From: Candidatus Delongbacteria bacterium
GTDB taxonomy: Bacteria; CAIWAD01
Assembly: GCA_963663545.1 (NCBI GenBank)
Contig: OY760505.1
Coordinates: 3,008,001 to 3,072,000 of the forward strand
DNA: 64,000 nt
Direction of reading: 5' to 3'
Under the pieces are notes generated by a model. That model was given only the letters and a program-made list of their open reading frames with translations. It was not told the DNA's origin and ran no database searches. Below, piece by piece: positions 11,501-20,655 of the stretch (positions are counted from its first letter, which is position 1; each line of letters opens with the position of its first letter). Made by a program: the position numbers and the translations under genes.

Positions 11501-11652
11501 CCTATGCGCCAATGGGTCGCGCCATGGCTGGCGGTTTGCTGACGTCGACTTTTTTCACGCTGCTGGTTGTGCCTTTGCTCTATTGCTGGATCGATGATGC
11601 TCGCAAGGGGACAAGTTCCTTCCTTGGAAGGCTGTGGAAGCGAACCCGCTAG
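8530..11652 (+). CDS. RND efflux permease (AcrB/AcrD/AcrF family), subunit 2
   Basis: GMVVDNAIVVME, GVVVNNAIVLVD, RFRPVMMT; ATGA overlap with subunit 1. Confidence 0.95.
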   Translation: MKLDRLLPEFSMRRPVTILMVFAALILTGIIAMKRLPLEMMPAGFSNPYLGFWVPYRDSAPFEVEQEIAHPFEENLRSIHGLRRVETNSHRNGCWVWMEFRDGTDMDQAWSTTRDRIDRTLAELSVDIDRVQLRRMGMEDDEIFFMGISSDMALADARQLVEDELLERIERLDGVARVDMWGAGGIDVLIDLDLEAMGRHSVSSWDVVRTLSQDNFALSCGTIDESTHRLSVRVDNRWNTVDELRAVPIQCGGDTPITLRLDDVADVHLGTPERFWTQRIDESPALLLDVIRESSGNTEEICREINALVEEAKTRPGMEHMQMSTLFSQGEIIRESMNNLLSSAMWGGFFALLVLFYFLRRWRATLVVTAAIPFCILVALIAIYFLGWSLNLITMMGLMISVGMVVDNAIVVMESISIAPQNCSRREACITGTAEVSLAVTVATLTSIVVFLPLMLMSGDSNLSFFLVRIGMPVVVSLLASLGVALLFIPQLSARLHVQQLDREPRLVARARRITERALNWALHHRFDATLIALALLMSMGVPMSKVQKTGEGQGHINDFHIIVDMPASYVADDSRRVVEQIEDLVYARAEEYDLKTVTARYAAHQAHIHVWLKTDARESWYAYALRNVLEKTGLKKHRRMSRDEVLEDVKEKMPEIPGVAVRWSYRDSGGGDATNVLLIGPDTDHLKTLADEVQRRLREMDEVVDTELNVEQGEEELQLHLDRDALDRTGVSARNLAGMIRYSLAGERISYLKQGESDLDILVRLAEEDRDQLHKLGQLQMSLPEGGTVPISELMTPVHERALGSITRTQGRTFMRIRVYSSNKDLSGFNDRISKALQGFEMPAGYAWGFGYGFDRFQEQEKSRNHATWLAICFVFLLMGMLFESFLLPLCILASIPFAFFGAWWTLFLTKTPFDIMAGIGLIILVGVVVNNAIVLVDCVQHLRAEGVDREEALREAVSRRFRPVMMTAATTICGLIPMAIGNAALIGMPYAPMGRAMAGGLLTSTFFTLLVVPLLYCWIDDARKGTSSFLGRLWKRTR

Positions 11653-11703
11653 AGCGTTAACAAAAGTGGCATTGTAGTCAGTTGTGATACACAGGTACGG
11701 ATC

Positions 11704-12354
11704 ATGCGAAAACCTGAACCCTTGCGAACACACGATTTCACGTTGCAAAACGGCGACTTGCTGCTTCGCACACTGCGTAGGGACGATTTCCGGTACCTGC
11801 GCCGTTGGGGGCGCGATCGCAAAGTGATGTGCACCTTGTTTCCCGACAAACCTGGTGCAGGGCTTTTACAGCGTGTGATGAAATGGCTACTCTCGCCGCG
11901 CATTCTGGAGCTGGTTTTTGGCGGCATTTCCCAGGCTGGTTATAGCTTCTTCATCGAATCAAATGGTAGGGCTGTCGGCATTACCGGCGCCTGGTGTGTC
12001 GAGGAGCAGGAGCGCGTCTGGCGAGTGCCGATCGTAATTGGCGAGAAATCGATTTGGGGAATGGGCTACGGCACGCGCGCCATTCGACTACTGACGGAAT
12101 TCCTGACCAGGGAGCTGCAGGCTGGGGTTATTGTGGCTGGCGATATTCTGGAGACCAATGAGCGAAGCCTGCGCCTATTCCGCTCCTGTGGTTTTGCTGA
12201 TGTATCACCAGAGGACGCGCGCTACTACAGCGGCCTTTCCAGCTTCGTCCCGCCCGGGAAAGCGACAGAGCGACGCAAGCAAGAGGATGTGGATTCTTCT
12301 GTCTTGAACACAGTGACCTTGGTCTACCGGGTTCCGGAAGAGGGCGGCCAGTAG
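11704..12354 (+). CDS. GNAT acetyltransferase (RimJ/RimL-like)
   Basis: IGEKSIWGMGYGT and NERSLRLFRSCGF GNAT motifs. Confidence 0.8.
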   Translation: MRKPEPLRTHDFTLQNGDLLLRTLRRDDFRYLRRWGRDRKVMCTLFPDKPGAGLLQRVMKWLLSPRILELVFGGISQAGYSFFIESNGRAVGITGAWCVEEQERVWRVPIVIGEKSIWGMGYGTRAIRLLTEFLTRELQAGVIVAGDILETNERSLRLFRSCGFADVSPEDARYYSGLSSFVPPGKATERRKQEDVDSSVLNTVTLVYRVPEEGGQ

Positions 12355-12497
12355 CATCTGTAACTCGATCCACTAGGCTACCGGGACGCAAGTGGGACAC
12401 GGGGAATTCAATTCTCAAGCCTCAGTTTTTGTGACACGCAGTGTTCTTTTCTCCTTTATCTTCATAGTGAGAATTCGGGATTGCCCGGGAGGTCGTC

Positions 12498-12983
12498 ATG
12501 CGGGACAGCGTTCTTGCCCAGTTGGCCAATCGTCCCCTGTGGCATTGGCTCGTATTTGGGCTTGTCATATCTGAGCTCTTGACCTTGTTTGTCAGCCTTC
12601 TTGTATCACATGCACTGTGGGGTAGCATGCCCTGGCAGGTGCTCATTATTGGTATTGTGGATTCCCTGCTTGTGTCCTTTGTCATCGTCAGTCTGTTGTT
12701 GCTACTGCTGCGCGCCATTCGACGGCTGAACACCCGACTTGAGGAGCGCAACCATGAGCTGACCGCGGCACTGGCAGAAATCAAAACCTTGCGTGGTATA
12801 CTGCCCATCTGCAGCTACTGCAAACAGATTCGCAACGACAAGGGCTACTACGAGCAGATCGAGACCTATCTGCTGAAGAACTCAGCTGTGGATTTCAGTC
12901 ACACTATCTGTCCTGATTGCGCTGAGAAGCATTTCCCGGGCATGAGTGCTACCCAAACGGAAAACCCCTCACATCCGCATTAG
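12498..12983 (+). CDS. Two-TM membrane protein with coiled coil and C-terminal CxxC...H..CxxC domain
   Basis: Two hydrophobic helices, then LPICSYCKQIR...FSHTICPDC. Confidence 0.75.
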   Translation: MRDSVLAQLANRPLWHWLVFGLVISELLTLFVSLLVSHALWGSMPWQVLIIGIVDSLLVSFVIVSLLLLLLRAIRRLNTRLEERNHELTAALAEIKTLRGILPICSYCKQIRNDKGYYEQIETYLLKNSAVDFSHTICPDCAEKHFPGMSATQTENPSHPH

Positions 12984-13025
12984 AATCGGCTACCAACAGC
13001 GTATCACAACTTTCGGAGAGAGAGC

Positions 13026-13787
13026 ATGCCCCATTATCAGCACGACGACTTGAACCTGTTTTACCGCGAGGAGGGCAGCGGCCCTCTGCTCTTGATTTTG
13101 CCTGGCAATACTGCGAGTTCTGCGTGTCACACCGGCGAGCTGGAGTATTTCGGTCGCTACTGCCATGCCGTGTCACCGGATTTCCGGGGCACCGGTCAGT
13201 CGGACCGTCTGCCCGTTTGGACACGCGACTGGTGGGAGAAGTGCACCGACGATCTGGCTGCGTTGTTGCGTCACATGGAGGAGTCCCAGTGCTACGTAAT
13301 CGGCACCAGTGGCGGCGGGAGCATCGCATTGCTTCTGGCCCTTCGCTATCCAGAACTTGTTCAAGGCGTAATTGCTGACAGTTGCGTGGAGGTCTTTCCA
13401 CAGGACAACCTGCGTAAAGAAGTCGCTGACCGGGCGGCGCAAAGAGTGGACCAAGTGGAGTTCTGGCGTTGTGCACACGGCGACAATTGGGAGAATGTGA
13501 TACAGGCGGACAGCCATTTATTGCTGGAGCTGGCTGAGCACGGCGGTGATGTGTTCCACGGAAGACTGCACGAACTGCAGTGCCCGGTTCTGCTCACGGG
13601 AAGTCTGTGTGATACACTGATTCCCACTCTGGCAAAGCAGCAGCTGCACATGGCCGAGCAGATCCGCGAATGCAGCCTTTACCATGGGGATCACGGCGAT
13701 CATCCCTTCCTGTGGACCTCGCCGGATGATTTTCGTCGCGTGGCTGACCAGTACCTTGGGAAGTGGATCGAGAGACACGAAGTGTGA
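13026..13787 (+). CDS. Alpha/beta hydrolase
   Basis: DFRGTGQS and GTSGGG nucleophile elbow; C-terminal His. Confidence 0.88.
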   Translation: MPHYQHDDLNLFYREEGSGPLLLILPGNTASSACHTGELEYFGRYCHAVSPDFRGTGQSDRLPVWTRDWWEKCTDDLAALLRHMEESQCYVIGTSGGGSIALLLALRYPELVQGVIADSCVEVFPQDNLRKEVADRAAQRVDQVEFWRCAHGDNWENVIQADSHLLLELAEHGGDVFHGRLHELQCPVLLTGSLCDTLIPTLAKQQLHMAEQIRECSLYHGDHGDHPFLWTSPDDFRRVADQYLGKWIERHEV

Positions 13788-13870
13788 GCAGGAGCCGGAC
13801 GGGCGCGGAACTGTGCCGCTGGCTGATTCACTAGTCTGCAGGTTTGTTCACTGATTGAGTAGGAGAGACC

Positions 13871-14560
13871 ATGAAGAAGTATGCGGCTGAGTTTTTCGGC
13901 ACCTTCTGGCTGGTGCTGGGCGGTTGTGGTAGTGCCGTGTTGGCGGCGGCATTCCCGCATGTTGGCATAGGTCTGTTGGGAGTGTCACTTGCCTTTGGCT
14001 TGACGGTGCTGACCATGGCCTTTGCCATCGGGCACATCTCCGGATGCCATCTTAATCCGGCGGTATCCGTTGGTTTGTGGGCCGGTGGGCGTTTCCCGGC
14101 AAGCGATCTGCTGCCCTACATTGTATCACAGGTGTTGGGAGCGGTTGCTGCGGGAGGCGTGCTGTATCTCATCGCCAGCGGCAAGGCGGGTTTTGACCTC
14201 GCTGGCGGCTTCGCCTCCAATGGCTACGGCACGCATTCGCCCGGCGGCTATTCTTTGCTTGCCGCGCTGGTCTGCGAAGTGGTGATGACCATGATGTTCC
14301 TGCTGGTCATCATGGGCGCGACGGACAAGAAGGCTCCGCAGGGCTTCGCGCCCATTGCCATCGGCCTTTGCCTGACGCTGATCCACCTGATTTCCATCCC
14401 TGTGACCAACACCTCCGTGAATCCCGCGCGTAGCACAGGCGTGGCAATCTTTGTCGGCGGTTGGGCGCTGGCGCAGCTCTGGCTGTTTTGGATCGCACCA
14501 ATAGTGGGTGGTGTGCTTGGGGCCTTGGTGTACCGTTTGCTCGGTAGCAACAGGCAATAA
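13871..14560 (+). CDS. aqpZ: Aquaporin Z
   Basis: Two NPA motifs ([13 protein letters not shown]); strong AqpZ-like sequence; AGGAG RBS. Confidence 0.97.
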   Translation: MKKYAAEFFGTFWLVLGGCGSAVLAAAFPHVGIGLLGVSLAFGLTVLTMAFAIGHISGCHLNPAVSVGLWAGGRFPASDLLPYIVSQVLGAVAAGGVLYLIASGKAGFDLAGGFASNGYGTHSPGGYSLLAALVCEVVMTMMFLLVIMGATDKKAPQGFAPIAIGLCLTLIHLISIPVTNTSVNPARSTGVAIFVGGWALAQLWLFWIAPIVGGVLGALVYRLLGSNRQ

Positions 14561-14566
14561 GTGGTA

Positions 14567-14593
14567 GTCCCCTTGGTCTTGCTCCAAGGGGAC
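14567..14593 (+). terminator. Hairpin after aqpZ (terminator or stability stem)
   Basis: gtccccttgg/ccaaggggac 10-bp stem; weak U-tract. Confidence 0.45.
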
Positions 14594-14708
14594 ATCCTTG
14601 ATTCATCCCCTTGGTGATATCTGTGGAGTTCACACAGAGCCGCGATCGTGTTACTGAGAGCATACCTCAAGTAGCGAGCTATCCGCAGACGTGATACGAG
14701 GAACCGAA

Positions 14709-14969
14709 ATGGAGGAACAGGTGAGTCTGCTTGTAGTACGCGACTTTTTCATGTGGTGCACTATCATTGATGCTGCCCTTCTGCTGCTTAGCTTTCTGCT
14801 GCTAATCGCAGCCGGAGACTTCGTCTATCGCATGCACAGTCGCTGGTTTCCCATGCCGCGGGAGACTTTCAATGCAGTGTTGTATTCCTTTCTAGAGGGC
14901 TTCAAGGTGCTGGTCTTCGTCTTCAATCTGGTGCCCTACATCGCTCTTGTGATACTGACAAAGGTGTAA
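14709..14969 (+). CDS. Small membrane protein (DUF6868-like)
   Basis: FFMWCTII...YRMHSRWF...FNLVPYIAL pattern. Confidence 0.7.
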   Translation: MEEQVSLLVVRDFFMWCTIIDAALLLLSFLLLIAAGDFVYRMHSRWFPMPRETFNAVLYSFLEGFKVLVFVFNLVPYIALVILTKV

Positions 14970-15203
14970 GCGGCAGCAAATTCGGCAGTCGTTGTCCCGC
15001 AGTTGGGAAAGGCGAACGGCGATTAACAGGCCTCTTGTAGAGGACTCCCCGTCTTGTGCTAAACCGGGACAAAAAGAAGATACGCGTTTCCTGACTGTCT
15101 CCCGCGCACTGCTTCTCACATGTAGATCGAGACACATAGACGAAGTGTGAACGGATATAATAATGGTACGACTCCGGACACCCGTTAGACTCTGGCAGTG
15201 GCT

Positions 15204-15467
15204 AATGCCCGGCAGACTGAAAGACGGAAACGCCTTGCGCTACCTGGCCGAACTGCTCATCGTCTTTGCAGGCGTGTACGCCGCCTTCCTATTGGACGAT
15301 GTGAGACAGGATCACCGTAACACGCAGAAGAGTCATCCGATTCAGCTGAGCTTGTTGCGACAGATGCCGCTGAGGTGCTGGAGCTGAATGGCAAGACAGC
15401 CGAGGCAGACACTTTACGGCGGCGACTTGCGGAGTCGCACGAAAAGAATGCTATCCAGTCACAGTAA
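15204..15467 (+). pseudogene. Probable truncated or frameshifted gene remnant
   Basis: N-terminal anchor RYLAELLIVFAGVYAAFLLD followed by early stop; a second frame continues to TAA 15467. Confidence 0.35.
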
Positions 15468-15504
15468 GACCCCCCGTTAAAGACCAAACATAAGGCAGCC
15501 ATGT

Positions 15505-15533
15505 TTGCCAGCGGCTCGACTGTACGCTACAAT
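15505..15533 (+). promoter_or_regulatory. Putative sigma70 promoter
   Basis: TTGCCA-N17-TACAAT about 50 bp upstream of the 15585 ORF. Confidence 0.5.
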
Positions 15534-15584
15534 GTTAGTCAATGCGAACAATAACTGATATCAGCTAACATTGGAGCGTGGAGC

Positions 15585-17747
15585 ATGTGGACAGGACGGA
15601 GCTTTATCGAGACAGGGATTGCGCCGGGACTGTTGGCGCTGAGTCTTCTGCTGACAAGCGCGCAGGGTCTGCATGCAGAATGGACTCGAATGGGCGGCCC
15701 CACGCTGCCGGAAGTCTCCGAGTTCGTCACACACGCTGGCCGGCTTATCATAGGCACCGACTACAACGATCATGGCGAAGTCTTTGTATCACAGGATAAC
15801 GGATATACTTGGAGCAATGCGGGACTGCCCAATGGCGGCGTCAGCTGCATGCTCTCGCATGACAACGAGCTCTTTGTCGGCGGTTATCTGACAGGCATCT
15901 ACCGCAGCAGCGATAGCGGAGAAAACTGGGAGCAGATTGGTGCGGAGCTTGGTTTCAATTCCTCGGTAGAAGCGCTGATTGCTCTTGCTGACGGAAGTCT
16001 GTTGGCGGGTCTGGACGACGGCTTTGCACAGCCGCTCTTTCGTTCTACCGATGGTGGTGACACATGGACGGCGCTTGAAGGAGCACCCAGTTTGCGCTGT
16101 TACACACTGCTTGAGACGGGCGGAGTGATTCTTGCCGGCGGAGAGACCACGGGCGTATGGCGCTCCGTTAACGGTGGTGATACATGGGTGAGCTCATCCA
16201 GTGGTCTGCCGGAATCCGCATCCGTTCACGCACTGGCCGAGCAGGATGGAGTTCTCTACGCTGCGGCAGGCTCGGTCATGAATCGACAGAAGGTCTATTG
16301 CTCGGAGGATGCGGGCCTGAGCTGGACACTGCTATCCACCAATCTGCCGGAGTTCTGGAATGTGAAGGTGCACGATCTGCTTGCCGTAGGCGATGACCTG
16401 TACTTGGCTGCATCTGCGATCTCTGGTGATGAGGGCTTGTATCACAGCAGCGATGGTGGCTTCAGCTGGGCGCGAATCAACGAGGAAATCGCGGGTGAAG
16501 CCGGTGTGAGCGCCATGATTCAGCTAGAGGACACGCTGCTGATCGGCACCGAGTACGGAGTGTTTCGCTCCGCTATTGCTGCAGTCGACTGGCAGGCTTC
16601 TTCCACCGGAGCCTCGGGCGTCTGTGGAGGCACGGCCACTTTCTGGACCGGTGACCGCCTGCTGGTGGCCAATGATCAGTCGTCGCTGACTCACTCGGGT
16701 CTGCAGCACACCACAGATTTTGGTGATACCTGGACTGCTGCCGAGGGCGAACTGGCTGCAACTACTGCTGTGGACTTCCTGCAGTTGGAAGCTGCTGTGT
16801 ACGCCGCCTTTTACGGTTTCTCACGTGGTGTCGGTGTGTCACAGGATGGAGGCTTGAGCTTTTCCGCGACCGGTACCGGCATGGACAACAGTGTAGTGCT
16901 GAAATGCCTGGCCATGAGTGATGATGGTCTGTTGGCGGGCTCCTGGACCGGGCTCTGGCGGCTAAATGCGGACACGGCTTCCTGGTCGCTGATTTCTAAT
17001 CCAGGTGTGGTCTACGATCTTGTCACGCACGAGGGCTGGATCTATGCGGGTCTGTATCCAGGCGGCGTGATACGTAGCCAGGACGGCGTCAACTGGGAGA
17101 GCACCGGTAGCGGACTGGCGGAAACAGAGCGCGTCAATGATTTGCTTCAGATCGGTGATACGCTTCTTGCCGCACTGAATAGTAACCGCGTGGTGCGGCT
17201 AGTGGAGGGAGTCTGGGAAGACATCGAGTTTCCCGCGGCCACTCCGGTTGCCCTGGCGGAGGTAGGCGGCACGCTGCTCGTCGGTTGTGGGCTGGGTGAG
17301 ATCTGGGTCAAGCCGGTAACGGGCGAGTGGCAGCTTTTCGACGATGGCTTCTACAGCCTTTCCTGCACGGATCTGCAGATCGCAGGAGATCGCTTGGTGT
17401 TGGCAACCCGGGGCGGTGGCTTCTGGACGCGGCCTCTGAGCGAGGTCCCCATTTCTACCGATCTGACCGCAGCCTTAGTGAGCGAGAGCGGCTGGAATCT
17501 TCAAGCCTGGCCTAATCCTTTCAATCCCTCCACGAGCATCCCCTTCACGCTAATGGATTCGCAGCAACTATCGTTGCGTATTTATGACCTGCAGGGGCGC
17601 TTGGTCCAAACCTTGGCAGAAGGTGTCTTTTCCGCCGGTAGCCATCGCGTTCAGTGGCAGCCGCAAGGTATCGCCAGCGGAGTTTATGTGATTCAGCTAA
17701 GCGGCGTGTCACACCGTGAGTCCATTCGAGCTACGCTGCTGAAGTAG
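15585..17747 (+). CDS. Secreted BNR/Asp-box beta-propeller protein with C-terminal FlgD-Ig/T9SS-type sorting domain
   Basis: Signal peptide; many SxDxGxTW repeats; C-terminal PNPFNPST...IYDLQGRLV...SGVY. Confidence 0.85.
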   Translation: MWTGRSFIETGIAPGLLALSLLLTSAQGLHAEWTRMGGPTLPEVSEFVTHAGRLIIGTDYNDHGEVFVSQDNGYTWSNAGLPNGGVSCMLSHDNELFVGGYLTGIYRSSDSGENWEQIGAELGFNSSVEALIALADGSLLAGLDDGFAQPLFRSTDGGDTWTALEGAPSLRCYTLLETGGVILAGGETTGVWRSVNGGDTWVSSSSGLPESASVHALAEQDGVLYAAAGSVMNRQKVYCSEDAGLSWTLLSTNLPEFWNVKVHDLLAVGDDLYLAASAISGDEGLYHSSDGGFSWARINEEIAGEAGVSAMIQLEDTLLIGTEYGVFRSAIAAVDWQASSTGASGVCGGTATFWTGDRLLVANDQSSLTHSGLQHTTDFGDTWTAAEGELAATTAVDFLQLEAAVYAAFYGFSRGVGVSQDGGLSFSATGTGMDNSVVLKCLAMSDDGLLAGSWTGLWRLNADTASWSLISNPGVVYDLVTHEGWIYAGLYPGGVIRSQDGVNWESTGSGLAETERVNDLLQIGDTLLAALNSNRVVRLVEGVWEDIEFPAATPVALAEVGGTLLVGCGLGEIWVKPVTGEWQLFDDGFYSLSCTDLQIAGDRLVLATRGGGFWTRPLSEVPISTDLTAALVSESGWNLQAWPNPFNPSTSIPFTLMDSQQLSLRIYDLQGRLVQTLAEGVFSAGSHRVQWQPQGIASGVYVIQLSGVSHRESIRATLLK

Positions 17748-18022
17748 GAAGGCTTCGTCTTCGACAGAGCTAAACCGCGCTAACTGTCCACCAGGCTCGA
17801 CAACGAGAACTGAGTTTTCGTCCAGGACGGAGTTCCGGGAACCGAAGACGGGCCTGAAGCGTGACCCCGGCAGGGGGTGGGCGGTGGCGCGCGGCGATGG
17901 CAGAGATCCCGAGCACAACTCATTTCACAGTCCAGATCGTTGGAGCCGGAGCGATCGGGCAGCAGCTGGCTCCGATGGTGAACTCGATTCGCCACCGATC
18001 CTGCCGCGAAACGACAGGCACC

Positions 18023-18229
18023 GATACCGATACCGATCCGACCGGCACGGTCGGCAGCGATACCGATACCGATCCGACCGGCACGGTCGGCAGCGATACC
18101 GATACCGATCCGACCGGCACGGTCGGCAGCGATACCGATACCGATGCCAATGCCGATAGCGATCCGACACAAAGTGTCGGCAGCGACGCCGATCCGACCG
18201 GCACGGTCGGCAGCGATACCGATACCGAT
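18023..18229. repeat. Tandem 36-bp hairpin repeat with GATACC hexamers (3 perfect and 2 variant units)
   Basis: Unit gataccgataccgat-ccgaccg-gca-cggtcgg-cagc at 18023, 18059, 18095; variants at 18131 and 18185. Confidence 0.95.
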
Positions 18230-18307
18230 GGGAGGGGAGATACAGCTCGGGATTCTATACCTTTGTAGCTACTGAATCAATGGCTTGTCACACGCGCAGG
18301 AGTAGCT

Positions 18308-19150
18308 ATGCCCGCATGTTTCGGACAAGTGACCCTTGGGGTCTTCACCTTCACGCCCAGTGGCGTTGTTGTGCTGCTGACTGTGTTGTTGATGGTGGCC
18401 CTGCTGGTCTATTTCTTTCACCTGATCCGGCGTGATCCAAAGCGCATGTTCGTGCGCCGCATCGCCGGTATTGATGCTATCGAAGAGGCCGTTGGCCGCT
18501 GCACGGAAATGGGCAGGCCGATCCTTTACGTACCCGGCATCGAGGATATGCAGGATATCCAGACCATCGCCTCGATGCTGATCCTGGGCAAGGTGGCCGA
18601 AATGGCTGCGCGCTACAAGACCGAGGTCTTCGTTCCCTGCCGCATTCCCTTTGTAATGAGCGTGGCGGAGGAAATGGTACGCCAGGGCTTCTATAACGCG
18701 GGCGTGCCTGAGGATCACCGGCCGGAGAACATGAGCTTCATCTCCGATGAGCAGTTCGCCTTCACCGCCGGTGTCAACGGCATCATGCTGCGTGAAAAGC
18801 CGGCGGCCAATCTCTTCCTCGGTCGCTTCTTTGCGGAGAGCCTGATTCTGGCGGAGACGGGCTTCGAGGCCAAGGCTATTCAGGTGGCGGGCACAGCGGA
18901 GGTAACACAGCTGCCCTTCTTCATTGCCGCCTGCGACTACACCCTCATCGGCGAGGAACTCTTCGCCGCCAGCGCCTATCTGAGCCGTGATCCAAAACTG
19001 CTATCGAACCTCAAGGCCACTGACTGGTTCAAGGTCATCTGCATCGCTGCAATGGTTCTGGGCAGTCTCTTCCTGACACTGGATTCTCTGGGCTTCCAGC
19101 CCTTCGGCTACTCGCTGGCGAACGTCGTGTCCTGGTTCGAAATCGGTTGA
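18308..19150 (+). CDS. DUF6754-type membrane protein
   Basis: VRRIAGIDAIEEAVGRCTEMGRP and CDYTLIGEELFAASAY motifs. Confidence 0.8.
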   Translation: MPACFGQVTLGVFTFTPSGVVVLLTVLLMVALLVYFFHLIRRDPKRMFVRRIAGIDAIEEAVGRCTEMGRPILYVPGIEDMQDIQTIASMLILGKVAEMAARYKTEVFVPCRIPFVMSVAEEMVRQGFYNAGVPEDHRPENMSFISDEQFAFTAGVNGIMLREKPAANLFLGRFFAESLILAETGFEAKAIQVAGTAEVTQLPFFIAACDYTLIGEELFAASAYLSRDPKLLSNLKATDWFKVICIAAMVLGSLFLTLDSLGFQPFGYSLANVVSWFEIG

Positions 19151-19180
19151 TAGGCCCACCACACCTGGAGTGATACATCT

Positions 19181-19801
19181 ATGAAGAAAGAGATTCCGCT
19201 GATTATCGCCTTCCTGCTGGGAGTGTGGATGATCCTCGAGAATTTCATGCCCGGCGTCCCCTGGGTCAACGAGGCCAAATCGGTGATTACCAATGGCGGT
19301 ATCATCATCATGGCTTTCACCTGGGTTCTGGGCTTGTACAGCATCGTCTTTGTCAACGTGCGCAAGATCCGTGCGGGTCGCGATGTGATACACAAGATCG
19401 CGCTGCTCACGGCCATGACAGGCATGGCGCTCGCCGGCTTTATCTGGGGACACGTCGAGGGCACGCCCTTTGACTGGCTCTATCTGCACCTCTACGTGCC
19501 GTTGCAGGCGACCATGTTCAGTCTGCTGGCCTTCTACATCGCCTCCGCCGCCTTCCGCGCCTTCCGCGCGCGCAGTCTGGAAGCCACGCTGCTGCTGGTC
19601 TGTGCCACGTTGGTGATGCTGGGCCGCATTCCGCTGGGCGAGAAGATCTGGAGCCAGTTCCCGACCATTTCCGTCTGGATCATGAATTTCCCCAACCTGG
19701 CGGGCAAGCGTGCGATCCTCATCGGCGCCGCCCTGGGAGCCATCTCCACCGGCCTGCGTGTGATCCTGGGCCTGGAGCGCAGCTACCTGGGAGGTGAATA
19801 A
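19181..19801 (+). CDS. Multi-TM membrane protein of the DUF6754 operon
   Basis: Several hydrophobic helices; TMFSLLAFYIASAAFRAFRAR; ILGLERSYLG. Confidence 0.85.
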   Translation: MKKEIPLIIAFLLGVWMILENFMPGVPWVNEAKSVITNGGIIIMAFTWVLGLYSIVFVNVRKIRAGRDVIHKIALLTAMTGMALAGFIWGHVEGTPFDWLYLHLYVPLQATMFSLLAFYIASAAFRAFRARSLEATLLLVCATLVMLGRIPLGEKIWSQFPTISVWIMNFPNLAGKRAILIGAALGAISTGLRVILGLERSYLGGE

Positions 19802-20655
19802 TGAGAGCCCTCATGCGCTTTATGCACGCCTTCCTGCATCTCGATCGGCGATGGATCTTCCTGCTGATGGCCGTCTGCATGCTGGTGCCGTTGCTGCTGC
19901 CCATCGGTCTGCCTTTTACGCCGGACCCGGAAGTGGAGGCGCTTTACAACGCCATTGAGCATTTGAACGAGGGCGACATCGTCATTATCAGTGCCGACTA
20001 CGATCCCGGATCCAAGCCGGAACTGCAGCCCTTTACTGAAGCGCTTTTCGTGCACCTTTTCCGTAAGAAACTGCGTGTGGTGGCGGGCTCCCTCTGGCCG
20101 GCGGCTCCGCCGCTGGTGAACGAGGCCATTGCCAAGGCGCTAGCCAATCCGCAGGTGGATTCCACCGCCATCGTCGAGGGCCGCGACTACATCAACATCG
20201 GCTACAAGGACGGTCGCCAGTTGGTGATGCTGGGCATGGGCGAGAACATTCACGAAACCTATCCGCGCACCTACGACGGTACGCCCACCTCTCAGGTGCC
20301 GCTAATGCGCGAGGTAAAGAAGCTGGGCGATAGCGACCTGTTCATCAATGTGTCCGGCGGCAGTCCGGGAACCAAGGAGTGGGTGGAAGTGGCCCAGGCG
20401 CGCTTTGGTCTGCGCATGGTTGCCTCCTGCACGGCGGTAATGGCGCCCGACAACATTCCGTACTACGAGTCAGGACAGCTCGTCGGGCTGGCGGGTGGAA
20501 TGAAGGGCAGTGCGGATTACGAATACCTGGTGGGTGTCACGGGCACTGCGACCAAAGGAATGGATGCGCAGAGCTTCGGTCACATGCTAATCATCCTCTT
20601 TATCCTGTTGGGTAACGTGGCCTACTTCATGACGCGGAAGAAGGGGGTGCGCTGA
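19801..20655 (+). CDS. Membrane-anchored protein of the DUF6754 operon
   Basis: TAATG coupling; N- and C-terminal TM; DYDPGSKPELQP, MDAQSFGH. Confidence 0.85.
   Translation: MRALMRFMHAFLHLDRRWIFLLMAVCMLVPLLLPIGLPFTPDPEVEALYNAIEHLNEGDIVIISADYDPGSKPELQPFTEALFVHLFRKKLRVVAGSLWPAAPPLVNEAIAKALANPQVDSTAIVEGRDYINIGYKDGRQLVMLGMGENIHETYPRTYDGTPTSQVPLMREVKKLGDSDLFINVSGGSPGTKEWVEVAQARFGLRMVASCTAVMAPDNIPYYESGQLVGLAGGMKGSADYEYLVGVTGTATKGMDAQSFGHMLIILFILLGNVAYFMTRKKGVR

Noticed and set aside
18023..18229. CRISPR array
   Set aside because: Units are contiguous with no unique spacers and no cas genes are nearby.
17861..18268. ORFs on both strands across the tandem repeat
   Set aside because: Open frames follow from a stop-free repeat with units in multiples of 6; no RBS or domain evidence.
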